From positions 12,462,001-12,526,000 of the forward strand of contig OZ024761.1 of the NCBI GenBank assembly GCA_964016885.1: 64,000 bases of DNA. The letters run 5' to 3'. The stretch comes from Eledone cirrhosa. Taxonomy: Eukaryota. Positions 29,387-42,557 of the stretch are shown piece after piece (positions within the stretch are counted from its first letter, which is position 1; each line of letters begins with the position of its first letter). Below the pieces are notes generated by a model. The model did no database searches, was not told the DNA's origin, and saw nothing but the letters and a program-made list of their open reading frames with translations. Made by a program: the position numbers and the translations under genes.

Positions 29387-29670
29387 ATAAATGTAATCTG
29401 AGTTTTTCGAACATTAACAATAACATTCGACTCGTTTGCAATTATGCAAACAAGCCTCATTTTTAAAGCCATGTCAATAGAATGAACCCTTCATTCTTGC
29501 TCTTGTGTTGGTATGTAAACATTAGTCTGCAGTTCTGTTTACATACCAACACAAGAGCAAGAATGAAGGGTTCATTCTACTGACATGGTTTTAAAAATGA
29601 GGCTTGTTTGCATAATTGCAAACAAGTCGAATGTTATTATTAATGTTCGAAAAACTCAGATTACATTTAT
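29387..29670. repeat. TA-flanked inverted repeat with ~135-bp arms and a 14-bp spacer
   Basis: 29387-29521 is the reverse complement of 29536-29670, with a few transitions. Confidence 0.9.
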
Positions 29671-29690
29671 ATATATATATATATACATAT

Positions 29691-29734
<44 letters not shown>

Positions 29735-29737
<3 letters not shown>

Positions 29738-29975
29738 CAATTTAAAGGGCACATACATATAAACTAGACAAAGCCATAGATATATATATATATATATGTT
29801 TTTGGCAACCATTCACGGTGTGGCTCAATGACAAATTAATTAAATAATTAATAATCAGAGCAATATATAAAAACTAATGAGCGACCCTGTGAATGGTTGC
29901 CAAAAACATATATATATATCTATGGCTTTGTCTAGTTCATATATATATATATATATACCCTTTAAATTTTATATA
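29735..29975. repeat. Inverted repeat (~80-bp arms) in a TA context
   Basis: AACTAGACAAAGCCATAGAT..TGGCAACCATTCAC / GTGAATGGTTGCCA..ATCTATGGCTTTGTCTAGTT. Confidence 0.85.
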
Positions 29976-30159
29976 CTCCCATAAGGTTGAGTAAAACTTT
30001 AGGCAGTATTCGGCTGCGCTTTCTAGCAGCCAGCCTACTCGCCGAGAGGCACCAATCACAAACTTTCTGCCTTGACCACTGGCCACGTGATGATTCTTAG
30101 CCATTTTGAATTCGTTTCTGGCGGGGATCATGTAAGAAAAATCTTTTGTCCAATTGAAT

Positions 30160-30244
30160 TATCTCCTGATGATTTCCAACCTCACTGATTTATCCAAGAT
30201 CAGATATATCCAAAAATGGAATGAAACTGCCGGGGGTAGAGATA
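30160..30244 (+). ncRNA. Type I hammerhead ribozyme motif inside a TA-flanked element (29957-30540)
   Basis: TATCTC-CTGATGA-TTTCCA..TGGAAT-GAAAC-TGCCGGGG-GTA-GAGATA; 6-bp stem I, one mismatch at the base of stem II. Confidence 0.65.
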
Positions 30245-30534
30245 TTTTGATGATTTTGGTATGTTTATGTACACTTTTTCTTCTAATTTTGATTTTGTAC
30301 CTAATTATGTGTGGTTAACTATATGTCTAGTCAATTTCTACAGGCTATCAGAAATACTAGGTAAATTTTCTATAGCTATGAGTCGCGGATAAAAAGCTAT
30401 ATCATTTATCTAGTGTTTCTTCATAAGTATATTTTAAACTTATAGCCTCGTTTAAATGATTTTTTGTGTGGTTGATTTATGCTGATTGGGACAAGAAATA
30501 CTGTATATATTTTATCTAATGATTCTATGGACTT

Positions 30535-30584
<50 letters not shown>

Positions 30585-30586
<2 letters not shown>

Positions 30587-30900
30587 AAGTACCCAGTTCA
30601 ATAGATCTGGAATAAATACACCAAAGTACCCAGTTCAATACATCTGGAATAGATACCACAAAGTACCTAGTTCAACAGATCTGGAATAGATTCCACAAAG
30701 TACCTAGTTCAACAGATCTGGAATAGATACCACAAAGTACCTAGTTCAACAGATCTGGAATAGATACCACAAAGTACCTAGTTCAACAGATCTGGAATAG
30801 ATACCACAAAGTACCTAGTTCAACAGATCTGGAATATTTACTACAAAGTACCTAGTTCAAAAGATCTGGAATAAACACACCAAAGCACCCAGTTCAACAC
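30585..30900. repeat. 37-bp tandem repeat (~8.5 copies)
   Basis: Unit ACAAAGTACCTAGTTCAACAGATCTGGAATAGATACC. Confidence 0.9.
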
Positions 30901-30949
30901 TAACAATTCCTCCAATCCACAGACCTTGAACTGGTGCTTTACATGTATA

Positions 30950-31400
30950 AATGTATGGTCCCTAACTCCTGATAGAGTCGTAGGGGTGCCGTATTGACAT
31001 AGGGCGTTTCTTGGGCATTTTAAGCCTGGCGGAGCCCTTCCCTCTCCAGGTCTGAGTACAGCAGAGTTCTTCCAGAGAAAGATAGAAAGTGAGAGAGAGG
31101 GAAGAAAATGAGAAAGAGATATGGAGGAAGAATCGACCCCAGTACTAGACTGGTACTTTCTTTATCGACCTCGAAAGGGTGAAAGGCAAAGTTGACCTTG
31201 GCGAGATTTGAACGACTACCATAAACTACAATAAACCATTCTATCTGACATTCTAATGACTTTGCCAATTACCAGCTATCAACCTTCAAAACATGAGGTA
31301 AAGTTGGCTTCGGTGAGATTTGAGCTCAGAATACAGAGCCATAACAAATACCACAAGGTATTTATAGCACTGTCAAACAACTTTGCCAACTTGCTGTTTA
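30950..31400 (-). mobile_element. Degenerate SINE family 1-related copies, including the long-tail variant
   Basis: GAAAGGCAAAGTTGACCTTGGCGAGATTTGAAC; tail homologous to 25658-25800. Confidence 0.65.
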
Positions 31401-31447
31401 TTATTATTCCTGGATATCTAAACATAAATTGGTAAAAACTGGGCAAT

Positions 31448-31587
<140 letters not shown>

Positions 31588-31672
31588 ATGTATTCATATA
31601 TACATATATGCATACACATATAGAGATATATAGCTATGCATACACATATATACAGATGTGCACACACACACA

Positions 31673-31708
<36 letters not shown>

Positions 31709-32149
31709 TATACAGATGTGCACACACACACATACATATATATATATAGATGTGCACACATACACATACACATATATATAGATGTGCACACACACGCATA
31801 CAAATATACACATATATATATATATATAGATGTACACACACATACATACATACACACATATATATATAGATGTGCACACATACATATACACAAATGTGCA
31901 CACACATATATATAGATGTGCACACATATACATACATACACATATATGCACATACATACACATATATATGCACATACATACACATATATATAGATGTGCA
32001 CATATATACATACATACATATATATATATGCACATACATACATATATATATAGATGTGCACATACATACACAAACTCAAACATACATACATACACACACA
32101 CATACTCTGACTATAGTGTCAGTGGAAACTAATACAAAATATTTAAAAT

Positions 32150-32199
<50 letters not shown>

Positions 32200-32354
32200 C
32201 AAGCAGAGCTAATGAGGTCAGCTGACATAACTGAAACAGTCAAAACACAGGTAAAAGCACATCAACAGGTGGCGCCACTAACTACAGAATTGGTGGAGGT
32301 GGGAGAAGGTATTTGTTGTTTATTTTCTTTAGTTTTCCAAGCAGATTATTATTA

Positions 32355-32470
32355 TTTTCAAATCCCGCCGAGGTTAACTTTGCCTTTCATCCTTACAAGG
32401 GTCGATAAAATAAAGTACCAGTAATGCACTGGGTAATTGCTAGCCTTGTGCTAAAAGTAGAAACAATTAT
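32355..32470 (+). mobile_element. SINE family 1, 5'-truncated
   Basis: TTCAAATCCCGCCGAGGTTAACTTTGCCTTTCATCC...GTAGAAACAATTATT. Confidence 0.8.
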
Positions 32471-33040
32471 TTGCATTTATCTTGCTTTATGTTCATACGA
32501 GTTATCACCAAGTCACAACCAGTGACCTCAAGAGACAACAAGGTCCGCCATCTTCAAGAAAGAACATACATACTCACACATGCATCTTTAGGTGTTTAGA
32601 CTTGTGATGTACTTATATTGACAGAATCTTCCTTAGTATATGGGCAGTTCCCATTAGTACTATCTTTTGTATTTCTCCTATACGCGGGTTTCCTGGGATT
32701 TGGGATAAGTAATCATTAGACCCCTTAGGTATCATTCCTAGAGCGCCTACAACCACTGGTATTGTTTTAGTTCTCAATTTCCACATTTTTCCAATTTCTA
32801 TCTCCAGGTATTTATACTTGCTCAATTTTTCAAATGTTTTCATAGATACATTCTTGTCTTTTGGAACGGACATATCAATTAGCAGGCATACCCTCTTTTT
32901 AAAGTCCTTCAGTATTATATCAGGTCTATTTGCATCTATTTTTCGGTCTGTTTGGATGCCAAAGTTCCACAAGATTGAGATGTGATCTTTTTCAAGTACG
33001 GGAGGTGGTTGATGCTCCCACCAATTCTTTTGATGGGGCA
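32471..33040 (-). mobile_element. Dong/R4-clade non-LTR retrotransposon 3' fragment (restriction-like endonuclease, ORF 32613-33041)
   Basis: ILWNFGIQTDRKIDANRPDII..LLIDMSVP..EKLSKY..IPVVVGALG is the PD..D RLE signature; it sits in an (ATT)n tract. Confidence 0.9.
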
Positions 33041-33398
33041 TATTATTATTATCATTATTATTATTATTATTATTTTGCCAATCTTGATGTGGATAAAATT
33101 ACATAAGAGCTTTAAATATCTGATTCTTTTTTTCACCACTAGTCTTAGCAACAAAGGGGAGATCACCCTAATGGCACCATTTTGGGTTCTTTAACCATTG
33201 TCAAGGGGGTTAACTTCTCTTGAATGCTAACATGAAAGTAGGCTAAAAGCTTCTAGCTTTTATGCTTACGAACATTGGCTGAAGATGCTCATTTGCATAC
33301 AGAGTAAAAGCTAGTGGACTCTAATTAATGAGTAGTCGTGAGGCTCTGATATAGCATGATTGAAATACCTCAGTCATTCTCTATCAGAGCATCACTAC

Positions 33399-33433
<35 letters not shown>

Positions 33434-33534
33434 AAGTTAAGAACTCAAAATAGTCTCTTACAATAAAATAGCTCTAAGAAAGAGATATTTCTGAGCCGTA
33501 TATTATAATAGAATATAAAAGAAAAACGAACACA

Positions 33535-33578
<44 letters not shown>

Positions 33579-33734
33579 CAAATCGTAAGGGACCTGATTC
33601 GCTAAGATGAAATGTCGAGTAAACCTGGCTGCTATTTTTAGTGGTGTGGATTTATGAGACACGCTAGGATGCCATGTGTGCTATTTTATGTATTTTATGT
33701 ATAGCATACTTAAATTTGTCTAGGATACTAATTC

Positions 33735-33812
33735 ATCACCCACTGATGAGCTTGGATTGGTATTTCTATTCACAATTAACTTTGCGAAACAACAACAGGT
33801 TGCCTGGGTGAT
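33735..33812 (+). ncRNA. Type I hammerhead motif, cleavage triplet mutated (GCC instead of GUC), inside inverted arms 33512-33612 and 33904-33980
   Basis: ATCACCCA-CTGATGA-GC..GC-GAAA-CAAC-AACAG-GTTG-CC-TGGGTGAT; 8-bp stem I and 4-bp stem III. Confidence 0.7.
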
Positions 33813-33976
33813 TGGTAGTTAGCACAATTCCGGTTTGTACTTATTTTCTTAATGTTTTCTTAAATTGAGACAAGCGAACCCAATTGTTTATAGTTAGTAT
33901 TCTTTTCACCTTAGCGAATCAGGTCCCTTACGATTTAAACGCATATATCTATATATCTGTGTTTGTTTTTCTTTTA

Positions 33977-34027
<51 letters not shown>

Positions 34028-34035
34028 CTGTGTGT

Positions 34036-34389
34036 ATCATCATCATCATCATCATTATCATTTCATTTTACGTCCGCTTTTCCCTGCTTGCAAGGGTGGG
34101 ACGGGAACTGATTCTCGCTTGATTTCTACAGCTGGATGCCCTTCCTAACACCAACCTCATTTACAGTGAGTGCTGGGTGCTTTTTTGCCGTTGCACCTCC
34201 ACGGCCACTTTGCAGTGGAATGATAGGGACCCCAGTCCCTATCATCTCATTTCTACAGCTGAGTAAACTGGAGCAATGTGAAATAAAGTGTCTTGCTCAA
34301 GGAAACAACACATCACCCGATCTGAGAATTGAACTCACAACCTTTCGATTGCAAGGCCAATGCTCTAACCACTAAGCCATGTGCCTCCA
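34036..34389 (-). mobile_element. SINE family 2 copy
   Basis: Reverse complement of 12129-12473. Confidence 0.9.
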
Positions 34390-34914
34390 TCTATGTATGT
34401 ATGTATCTATATATATGTGTGTTTGTGTCTGTCTGTGAGTAAATATATTTATATAAATAAATCTATTTGTGCATGTGTATGTGTCATCTTCGTTTAACGT
34501 CCATTTTCCACGCTAGCATGGGCTAGACGGCAGTGTGTGTGTGTGTATATGTATATATATTTGCATGTGTGTGGGTATATATATATGTGTGTGTGTGTAT
34601 TTGTGCATGTGTGTGTGGGTATATATGTGTGTGTGTGTGTTTGTGTATTTGTGCATCTGTGTGTTGGTATATATATATATATATGAGTGTGTGTGTGTGT
34701 GTATAATATATATATATATGTGTGTGTGTGTGTGTATTTGTGCATCTGTGTGTTGGTATATATATATATATACATGAGTGTGTGTATGTGAGTGTGTATG
34801 AGTGTGTGTGTGTGTATAATATATATATATGTCTGTGTGTGTGTTTGTGTATTTGTGCATCTGTGTGTTGGTATATATATATATATATATATATATATGA
34901 GTGTGTGTATGTGA

Positions 34915-34964
<50 letters not shown>

Positions 34965-35380
34965 ATATATATATATATATATATGTGTATGTGTATATAT
35001 ATATATATGTGTGTGTGTGTGCATGCGTGTGTATGTGTACGTGTGAATATATATAGTCTGTTTATTCCTTAATTCCAACAAACACCAAAGTTTGGCTCCC
35101 ACCCAAGCAGGTTGCCGTTGAGGATGGCGGTGCTGTGAAGAATTTTGATCATTGCTTCATATGGAATAGAAAAATAGCTGGTCTGGTGGGGAGGGGGTGT
35201 AGCTGGGTGATGTAATGGCAGTGTGTTTTTATATGTAAGTGGGAGGTTGAATGGATGGGTGATAAGAGAGAGGGGAGAGGGAGTATGGGTAAGAGTGGGT
35301 GCGTGTGTGGGGGTGAGAGGGAGGTTGGCGAAAGTGGGGTGTGAGTGAAATGTGTGTGATAGAGGAAAGCTTTCCCATCA

Positions 35381-35415
<35 letters not shown>

Positions 35416-35434
35416 CACACACACACACACACAT

Positions 35435-36257
35435 GGACAACTATGCTCTTAAAAGGACAGGCACAGTCATAACAGAATAGGCACAGTCTTAACTGGACAA
35501 CTATAGTCTTAACTGAACAACTATAGTCTTAACTGGACAGCCACAGTCTTAACTGGACAGCCAGTCATAACTGAACAGCCACAGTCTTAACTGGACAACT
35601 ATAGTCATAACTGGACAGCCACAGTCATAACTGGACAGCCACAGTCATAACTGGACAGCTAGAGTCATAACTGGACAACTATAGTCTTAACTGGACAGCC
35701 ACAGTCTTAACTGGACAGCCACAGTCATAACTGGACAGCCACAGTCATAACTGGACAGCCACAGTCTTAACTGGACAGCCACAGTCTTAACTGGACAGCC
35801 AGTCATAACTGAACAGCCACAGTCTTAACTGGACAACTATAGTCATAACTGGACAACTATAGTCATAACTGGACAACTATAATCATAACTGGACAACTAT
35901 AGTCTTAACTGGACAGCCACAGTCTTAACTGGACAGCCACAGTCTTAACTGGACAGCCACAGTCTTAACTGGACAGCCACAGTCTTAACTGGACAACTAT
36001 AGTCATAACTGGACAACTATAGTCATAACTGGACAACTATAGTCATAACTGGACAACTATAATCATAACTGGACAACTATAATCATAATTGGACAGTCAC
36101 AGTCATAACTGGACAGCTACAGTCTTAACTGGACAGCCACAGTCATAATTGGACAGCTACAGTCTTAACTGGACAACTATAGTCTTAACTGGACAGCCAC
36201 AGTCATAATTAGACAGCCACAGTCATGACTGGACAGCCACAGTCTTAACTGGACAAG
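35435..36257. repeat. 20-bp tandem repeat (~40 copies)
   Basis: Unit AACTGGACAGCCACAGTCTT / AACTGGACAACTATAGTCAT. Confidence 0.95.
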
Positions 36258-36752
36258 ATCAACATCATGCAGGATGTCCATCTGATTTCAATGATTGTAA
36301 CTGTGTCAGCTGATGGAAGCTGACATGTGCCAGTCATCATGTCAACTCTCTGGAGTGCTTGGGGCATCAAAAATAACCATCCTCAAACACTTCCACGCAA
36401 CAGAGAAGGTGTCAAAGTTGGACCAATGGATGCTCTACAATCTGACTGACTGTAATTGTAAATATCAGGCAACAGCTGCGACTACTCAGCTCTTCTACCA
36501 TCACACAATCAGTTACATTCCATTGTAACTGGTCATGAAAACTGGTGTCTCTACATTACTGTCAAGTGCAAGTAGTCATGGGTTGATAAAGAGAGGAGGG
36601 TGCCACAATGGCAAGCAAAGACTGACCTACACTCTCGCAAGGCTCCACTGAGCATCTGGTGGGACTGGAAAGGTGTCATCCACTAAGAAGTGCTCTCACC
36701 AACACCCAGCATAACCTCTGACATCTATTGTCAACAACTTGACAGATTAGGG
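36258..36752 (+). pseudogene. Degraded mariner transposase fragment
   Basis: ..VSKLDQW.. then IVTGHENWCLY..SWV..DLHSRK..LSIWWDWKGVIH*EVL..TSDIYCQQLDRL, matching mariner TGDEKW and WWD motifs, with stops and a frameshift. Confidence 0.85.
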
Positions 36753-36788
36753 CCAAAAATCGCATAGAGAGAGAGAGAGAGAGAGAGA

Positions 36789-37275
36789 GAGGTACATGGC
36801 TTAGTGGTTAGAGCATTGGCTTTGCAATCGAAAGGTTGTGAATTCAATTCTCAGACCGGGTGATGTGTTGTTTCCTTGAGCAAGACACTTTATTTCACAT
36901 TGCTCCAGTTTACTCAGCTGTAGAAATGAGATGATAGGGACTGGGGTCCCTATCATTCCACTGCAAAGTGGTCGTGGAGGTGCCACGGCAAAAAAGCACC
37001 CAGCCCACACTGAAAAGTGGACGTGGAGGTGCCATGGGAAAAAAGGACCCAGCCCACACTGAAAAGTGGACGTGGAAGTGCCAGGGCAAAAAAGCACGCA
37101 GCCCACACTGTAAAGTGGACGTGTAGGTGCCACGGGAAAAAAAAAGCACCCAGCACTCACTGTAAATGGGGTTGGTGTTAGAAAGGGCATCCAGCCGTAG
37201 AAATCAAGTTATAATCAGTTCCCGTCCCACCACCCTTGCAAGCAGGATGTAAAATGATGATGATGATGATGATGA
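36789..37275 (+). mobile_element. SINE family 2 copy with an internally amplified ~49-bp unit
   Basis: AAGTGG.CGTGGAGGTGCCA.GG.AAAAAAGCACCCAGC occurs four times. Confidence 0.9.
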
Positions 37276-37296
37276 TATATATATATATAAATTTTT

Positions 37297-38085
37297 AAAC
37301 GAAGCCTGCATGCTCCGATGGATGTGTAACAGTAATATACGTGAACGACAAAGCATAAATGAATTGAGAGAGAGATTGAGCATAAGAGGAATCAAATGCT
37401 GTGTGCAGGAGAGGCGGTTGTGCTGGTATGGACATGTGATGCGTATGAAGGATGACAGCTGCATAAAAAGGTGCAGAGCACTAGAAGTCGATGGAAACCG
37501 CGGAGTGGGGAGACCCAAGATGACCTGGGATGAGGTGATAAAAGCCGACCTTATCACCTCATCCCAGGTCATCTTGGGTCTCCCCACTCAGCGGTTTCCA
37601 TCGACTTCTAGTGCTCTGCACCTTTTTATGCAGCTGTCATCCTTCATACGCATCACATGTCCATACCAGCGCAACCGCCTCTCCTGCACACAGCATTTGA
37701 TTCCTCTTATGCTCAATCTCTCTCTCAATTCATTTATGCTTTGTCGTTCACAGAGTACCCGACCTCTCATGGGTACAAGCTGAAGCATATAGACAATATG
37801 CCCCCACACCCCCCACCGCAAGGTGGTCGTGGAGGTGCCACGGCAAAAAAGCACCCAGCCCACACTATAAAGTGGACGTGTAGGCACCACGAAAAAGCAC
37901 CCAGCACTCACTGTAAATGAGGTTGGTGTTAGGAAGGGCATCCAGCTGTAGAAATCAAGCCAAATCAGTTCCTGTATGAGCAAGGCATGGTCAGCCGACC
38001 AGACACTGCCCACAACGGGACAACCCGTCTAACCCATGCTAGCGTGGAAGAACGGACGTAAAACGGTGATGATGATGATGATGAT
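37297..38085 (+). mobile_element. RTE family A 3' fragment with a 201-bp inverted duplication
   Basis: Near-identical to the 3' part of 49693-52357; arms 37341-37541 and 37551-37751. Confidence 0.9.
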
Positions 38086-38339
38086 ATATATATATTGCAT
38101 TAACAGTTGTCAGTGTAGTAATAAAGTGATCTTTACATTTGGCAACACAATCCCGGAAACCACTGAAGTGTGTCTTTATTGTGGTTAAGAAACAATAAAT
38201 ATTATGGCAGGGTAGGGGTGGGGGAGTGTAACAGTCAGAGGAAGGTGGTATTAAAGAGAGGGGGGAGTGAGGCACATGTGAGAGAGGGGGAGGGATAATG
38301 TCAGATAATGTATAAATAGAAGAAAAATAACAATGACAA

Positions 38340-38852
38340 CATATAGGAGAGAGAATATAGAGAGGGGTGAGAGAGAAGTGATATAGACATACAGAGGGGG
38401 TGAGAGAGAAGTGAGAGACAGAGATAGAGAGGGGTGAGAGAGAAGTGATATAGACAGAGGTAGAGAGGGGGTGAGAGAGAAGTGATATAGACAGAGAGGG
38501 GGTGAGAGAGAAGTGATATATACAGAGATAGAGAGAGGGTGAGAGAGAAGTGATAGACAGAGATAGAGAGGGGGTGAGAGAGAAGTGATAGACAGAGATA
38601 GAGAGGGGGTGAGAGAGAAGACATATACAGAGATAGAGAGGGGGTGAGAGAGAAGTGATATACAGAGATAGAGAGGGGGTGTGATAGACAGAGATAGAGA
38701 GGGGGTGAGAGAGAAACAAAGGTATTGAGAGGAGCATTAGATCATACACACACACACACACACATGTAAATATACAAATGCACACGTTCACACCCACAAA
38801 CACATACACACACACACACATATATATATATATGTAGAGAGAGAGAGAGATC

Positions 38853-38888
<36 letters not shown>

Positions 38889-39068
38889 TAAGAGAGAGGG
38901 AGAGAGTGAGAGTAAGAGAGAGGGAGAGAGTGAGAGAGAGAGAGTAAGAGAGAGTGAGAGAGAGAGAGAGAGTAAGAGAAAGAGTAAGAGAGAGAAAGAG
39001 TAAGAGAGAGAAAGAGTAAGAGAGAGAAAGAGAAACATATATATAATACAGAGAGAAACATATATATT

Positions 39069-39100
<32 letters not shown>

Positions 39101-40200
39101 TAACACATTCACACATATACACACATACAAATACTAACACACATTCATACAAGCACATACACACACACCCACACACATACAAGCACACAGACGCACACAC
39201 ACAAATACAAATACTAACACACACACATACAAATACTAACACACACAGACACAGACACACACACACACACACACAAATACTAACACACATACAAATACTA
39301 ACACACACACATACAAGCACAGACGCACACACACACACATACAAATACTAACACACACACACACACACACACACAAATACAACACACACACATACACAGA
39401 CACACACACACATACAAATACTAACACACACACACATAAAAACACAGACGCACACACACGGCTCTCTGGACACACGCCAGAGAGATGCTGACTAACAATG
39501 AGGTAACAGAAGGAAGGAAGGGGCAGATTAACTGTAATAACAGCTCTATGGTGGTTTGTGGTCAAAGACCTGCACATGAATGTGTCTGTGTGTCTGTGTG
39601 TGTGTGTGCGTCTGTCTGTATGTGCGAGTTTGTGTGTGTGTCTGTGTCTGTGTGTTTGTGTCTGCGTATGTTTTTGTATGTGTTTGTGTGTTTGTGTGTG
39701 TTTGTGTGTGTTTGTGTGTGTTTGTGTGTGTGTCTGTGTGTGTGTGAGTGAGTCTGTGTGTGTGTCTGTCTCTGCGTATGTGTTTGTGTGAGTTTGTGTG
39801 TGTGTGTGTGTGTGTGAGTCTGTCTGTCTGTCTGTGTGAGTTTGTGTGTGTGTGTATGTGTCTGCGTATGTGTTTGTGTGTATGTCTCTGCGTATGTGTT
39901 TGTGTGTGTTTGTATGAGTTTGTGTGTGTGTGTGTCTGTGTGTGAGTTTGTGTGTGTGTGGGTGTGTCTGTGTCTATGTGTTTGTGTGTGTCTGCGTGTG
40001 CATGCATACACACACACACACACAACATACAATTGCCCGAATTTGTAAAAATCATGCTTTTCATTTTAGAAACAGAAAGTAAATACCCACCCACACCCAC
40101 CCACCCACTCACACACACACACAAAGACATACACACACACACACACACACACAGAAAGTCACACATACACACAGACACCCATGTGTGTGTGCAAAACAAA
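38340..40200. repeat. GA-rich and CA/GT compound microsatellites
   Basis: Visible low-complexity repeats. Confidence 0.9.
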
Positions 40201-40208
40201 GAGAGAGA

Positions 40209-41600
40209 AGTGTGGGGGTATGTTAGTGGTGTGGGGGTATGTTAGTGGTGTGGGGGTATGTTAGTGGTGTGGGTGTATGTTAGTGGTGGGGGTATGTTAG
40301 TGGTGTGGGGGTATGTTAGTGGTGGGGGTATGTTAGTGGTGTGGGGGTATGTTAGTGGTGGGGGTATGTTAGTGGTGTGGGGGTATGTTAGTGGTGTGGG
40401 GGTATGTTAGTGGTGGGGGTATGTTAGTGGTGTGGGTGTATGTTAGTGATGCGGGTATGTTAGTGGTGTGGGTGTATGTTAGTGGTGTGGGGGTATGTTA
40501 GTGGTGTGGGTGTATGTTAGTGGTGGGGGTATGTTAGTGGTGTGGGTGTATGTTAGTGGTGTGGGGGTATGTTAGTGGTGTGGGTGTATGTTAGTGGTGT
40601 GGGGGTATGTTAGTGGTGGGGGTATGTTAGTGGTGTGGGTGTATGTTAGTGGTGTGGGTGTATGTTAGTGGTGTGGGGGTATGTTAGTGGTGTGGGGGTA
40701 TGTTAGTGGTGTGGGGGTATGTTAGTGGTGTGGGTGTATGTTAGTGGTGGGGGTATGTTAGTGGTGTGGGGGTATGTTAGTGGTGGGGGTATGTTAGTGG
40801 TGTGGGGGTATGTTAGTGGTGGGGGTATGTTAGTGGTGTGGGTGTATGTTAGTGGTGTGGGGGTATGTTAGTGGTGGGGGTATGTTAGTGGTGTGGGTGT
40901 ATGTTAATGGTGTGGGTGTATGTTAGTGGTGTGGGGGTATGTTAGTGGTGGGGGTATGTTAGTGGTGTGGGTGTATGTTAGTGGTGTGGGTGTCTGTTAG
41001 TGGTGTGGGTGTATGTTAGTGGTGTGGGGGTATGTTAGTGGTGTGGGGGTATGTTAGTGGTGTGGGGGTATGTTAGTGGTGTGGGTGTATGTTAGTGGTG
41101 GGGGTATGTTAGTGGTGTGGGCGTATGTTAGTGGTGGGGGTATGTTAGTGGTGTGGGGGTATGTTAGTGGTGGGGGTATGTTAGTGGTGTGGTGGTATGT
41201 TAGTGGTGTGGGTGTATGTTAGTGGTGGGGGTATGTTAGTGGTGTGGGGGTATGTTAGTGGTGGGGGTATGTTAGTGGTGTGGGGGTATGTTAGTGGTGG
41301 GGGTATGTTAGTGGTGTGGGGGTATGTTAGTGGTGTGGGGGTATGTTAGTGGTGGGGGTATGTTAGTGGTGTGGGTGTATGTTAATGGTGGGGGTGTATG
41401 TTAGTGGTGGGGGTATGTTAGTGGTGTGGGGGTATGTTAGTGGTGGGGGTATGTTAGTGGTGTGGGGGTATGTTAGTGGTGGGGGTATGTTAGTGGTGTG
41501 GGGGTATGTTAGTGGTGGGGGTATGTTAGTGGTGTGGGGGTATGTTAGTGGTGTGGGTGTATGTTAATGGTGGGGGTGTATGTTAATGGTGGGGGTATGT
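40209..41600. repeat. 18/20-bp G-rich minisatellite (GGGGTATGTTAGTGGTG[TG])n
   Basis: Direct periodicity. Confidence 0.95.
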
Positions 41601-41788
41601 GGGTTAGACTGTTCCAAATTTCTCTACTTTCCGATAATATTTCATTTATTTTGCAGCTTGTGAGAACCCCCCCCAAAAAACACACACACACACACACACA
41701 CACACATTACAAAGGGAAACTACATAATCCAAATATGTGTGTGTTTATGTGAAAAAAAATATATATATACACACACACAGACACAGAA

Positions 41789-41826
<38 letters not shown>

Positions 41827-41927
41827 TGAAGTAAAAGTTAAAGGGAAATGTCCAAGAGTAAGCGCACTCAGTTCATAGGACAAGATTAGTATAAACTAGG
41901 AGAATATAATTACAACAGTGACATAAG

Positions 41928-41975
41928 CAGGTACTCAAGTTTCGTTGGGTTCTGGGACCCAAGTCATTCAACCTG
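41928..41975 (-). ncRNA. Degenerate hammerhead motif inside a short inverted repeat (41906-41942 and 41992-42025)
   Basis: Minus strand CAGG-TTGAATGA-CTTGGGT-CCCAGA-ACCCAAC-GAAAC-TTGA-GTA-CCTG; the core deviates from CUGANGA. Confidence 0.45.
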
Positions 41976-42259
41976 TCATGAGAAAAATAAAAACTTGCAC
42001 CTGTTTATGTCACTGTTGTAATTATTTACAACATGCTGACGCACGTGCATTTACAAAATGGTTTCTTTTTTTTTTTTTTTCCATTTCAGGTAGACGTGCT
42101 CGATCATCCACTTTTCTAAAAAATATATCACGCACAAAGCTCCAGCACCAGCAGTTTTGCAAGAGATGTCGACATGAATGGACCTGTTATTTTTATCTAA
42201 AGACATTTTTTCCAATTCCAGCCCGTCCGTCCCCTCAATCTATCTTATTTCTCATTCTT

Positions 42260-42295
42260 TCTTCTGATGAAGGACTAGCGTCCGAAACGTTAAGA
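42260..42295 (+). ncRNA. Minimal type I hammerhead ribozyme motif
   Basis: TCTT-CTGATGA-A-GGAC-TAGC-GTCC-GAAACGTT-AAGA; palindromic AACGTT stem III as in Penelope-associated minimal hammerheads. Confidence 0.75.
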
Positions 42296-42404
42296 CCCTC
42301 TTCCTGCTATATCAAGCGTTAACCTAATATATCCTTTCCATATACTGTACCGATTGTGTTGTTATTTCTGTTTACCTTTTACATACATACATATATATAT
42401 ATAT

Positions 42405-42495
42405 AACGAAGGAAATGTGGTAAGGAACCAGGTGGACCATAACGCACCAAAGTACTCAATACTTAGGGTAGTAGAGTGGGTAGTACTCGTTCCTA
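42405..42495. mobile_element. Family H copy C (internally deleted fold-back)
   Basis: Family start followed by only TACTCGTTCCTA of the inverted arm. Confidence 0.75.
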
Positions 42496-42557
42496 TATAT
42501 ATATATATAAGTTATTCCGGGTTGAATCGGAAGTAACCACAGTAATATATATATATA

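Noticed and set aside
33270-33405. CTGAAGA and nearby imperfect hairpins
   Set aside because: No GAAA/UH half; the hairpins are short and imperfect
40209-41600. Telomere-like G-rich repeat
   Set aside because: The unit contains TTAGTGG, not TTAGGG; an ordinary minisatellite
42090-42230. Strong polypyrimidine/CAG acceptor with an open frame
   Set aside because: Lies inside a TA-flanked ribozyme-bearing element; no donor or homology, so it cannot be called an exon
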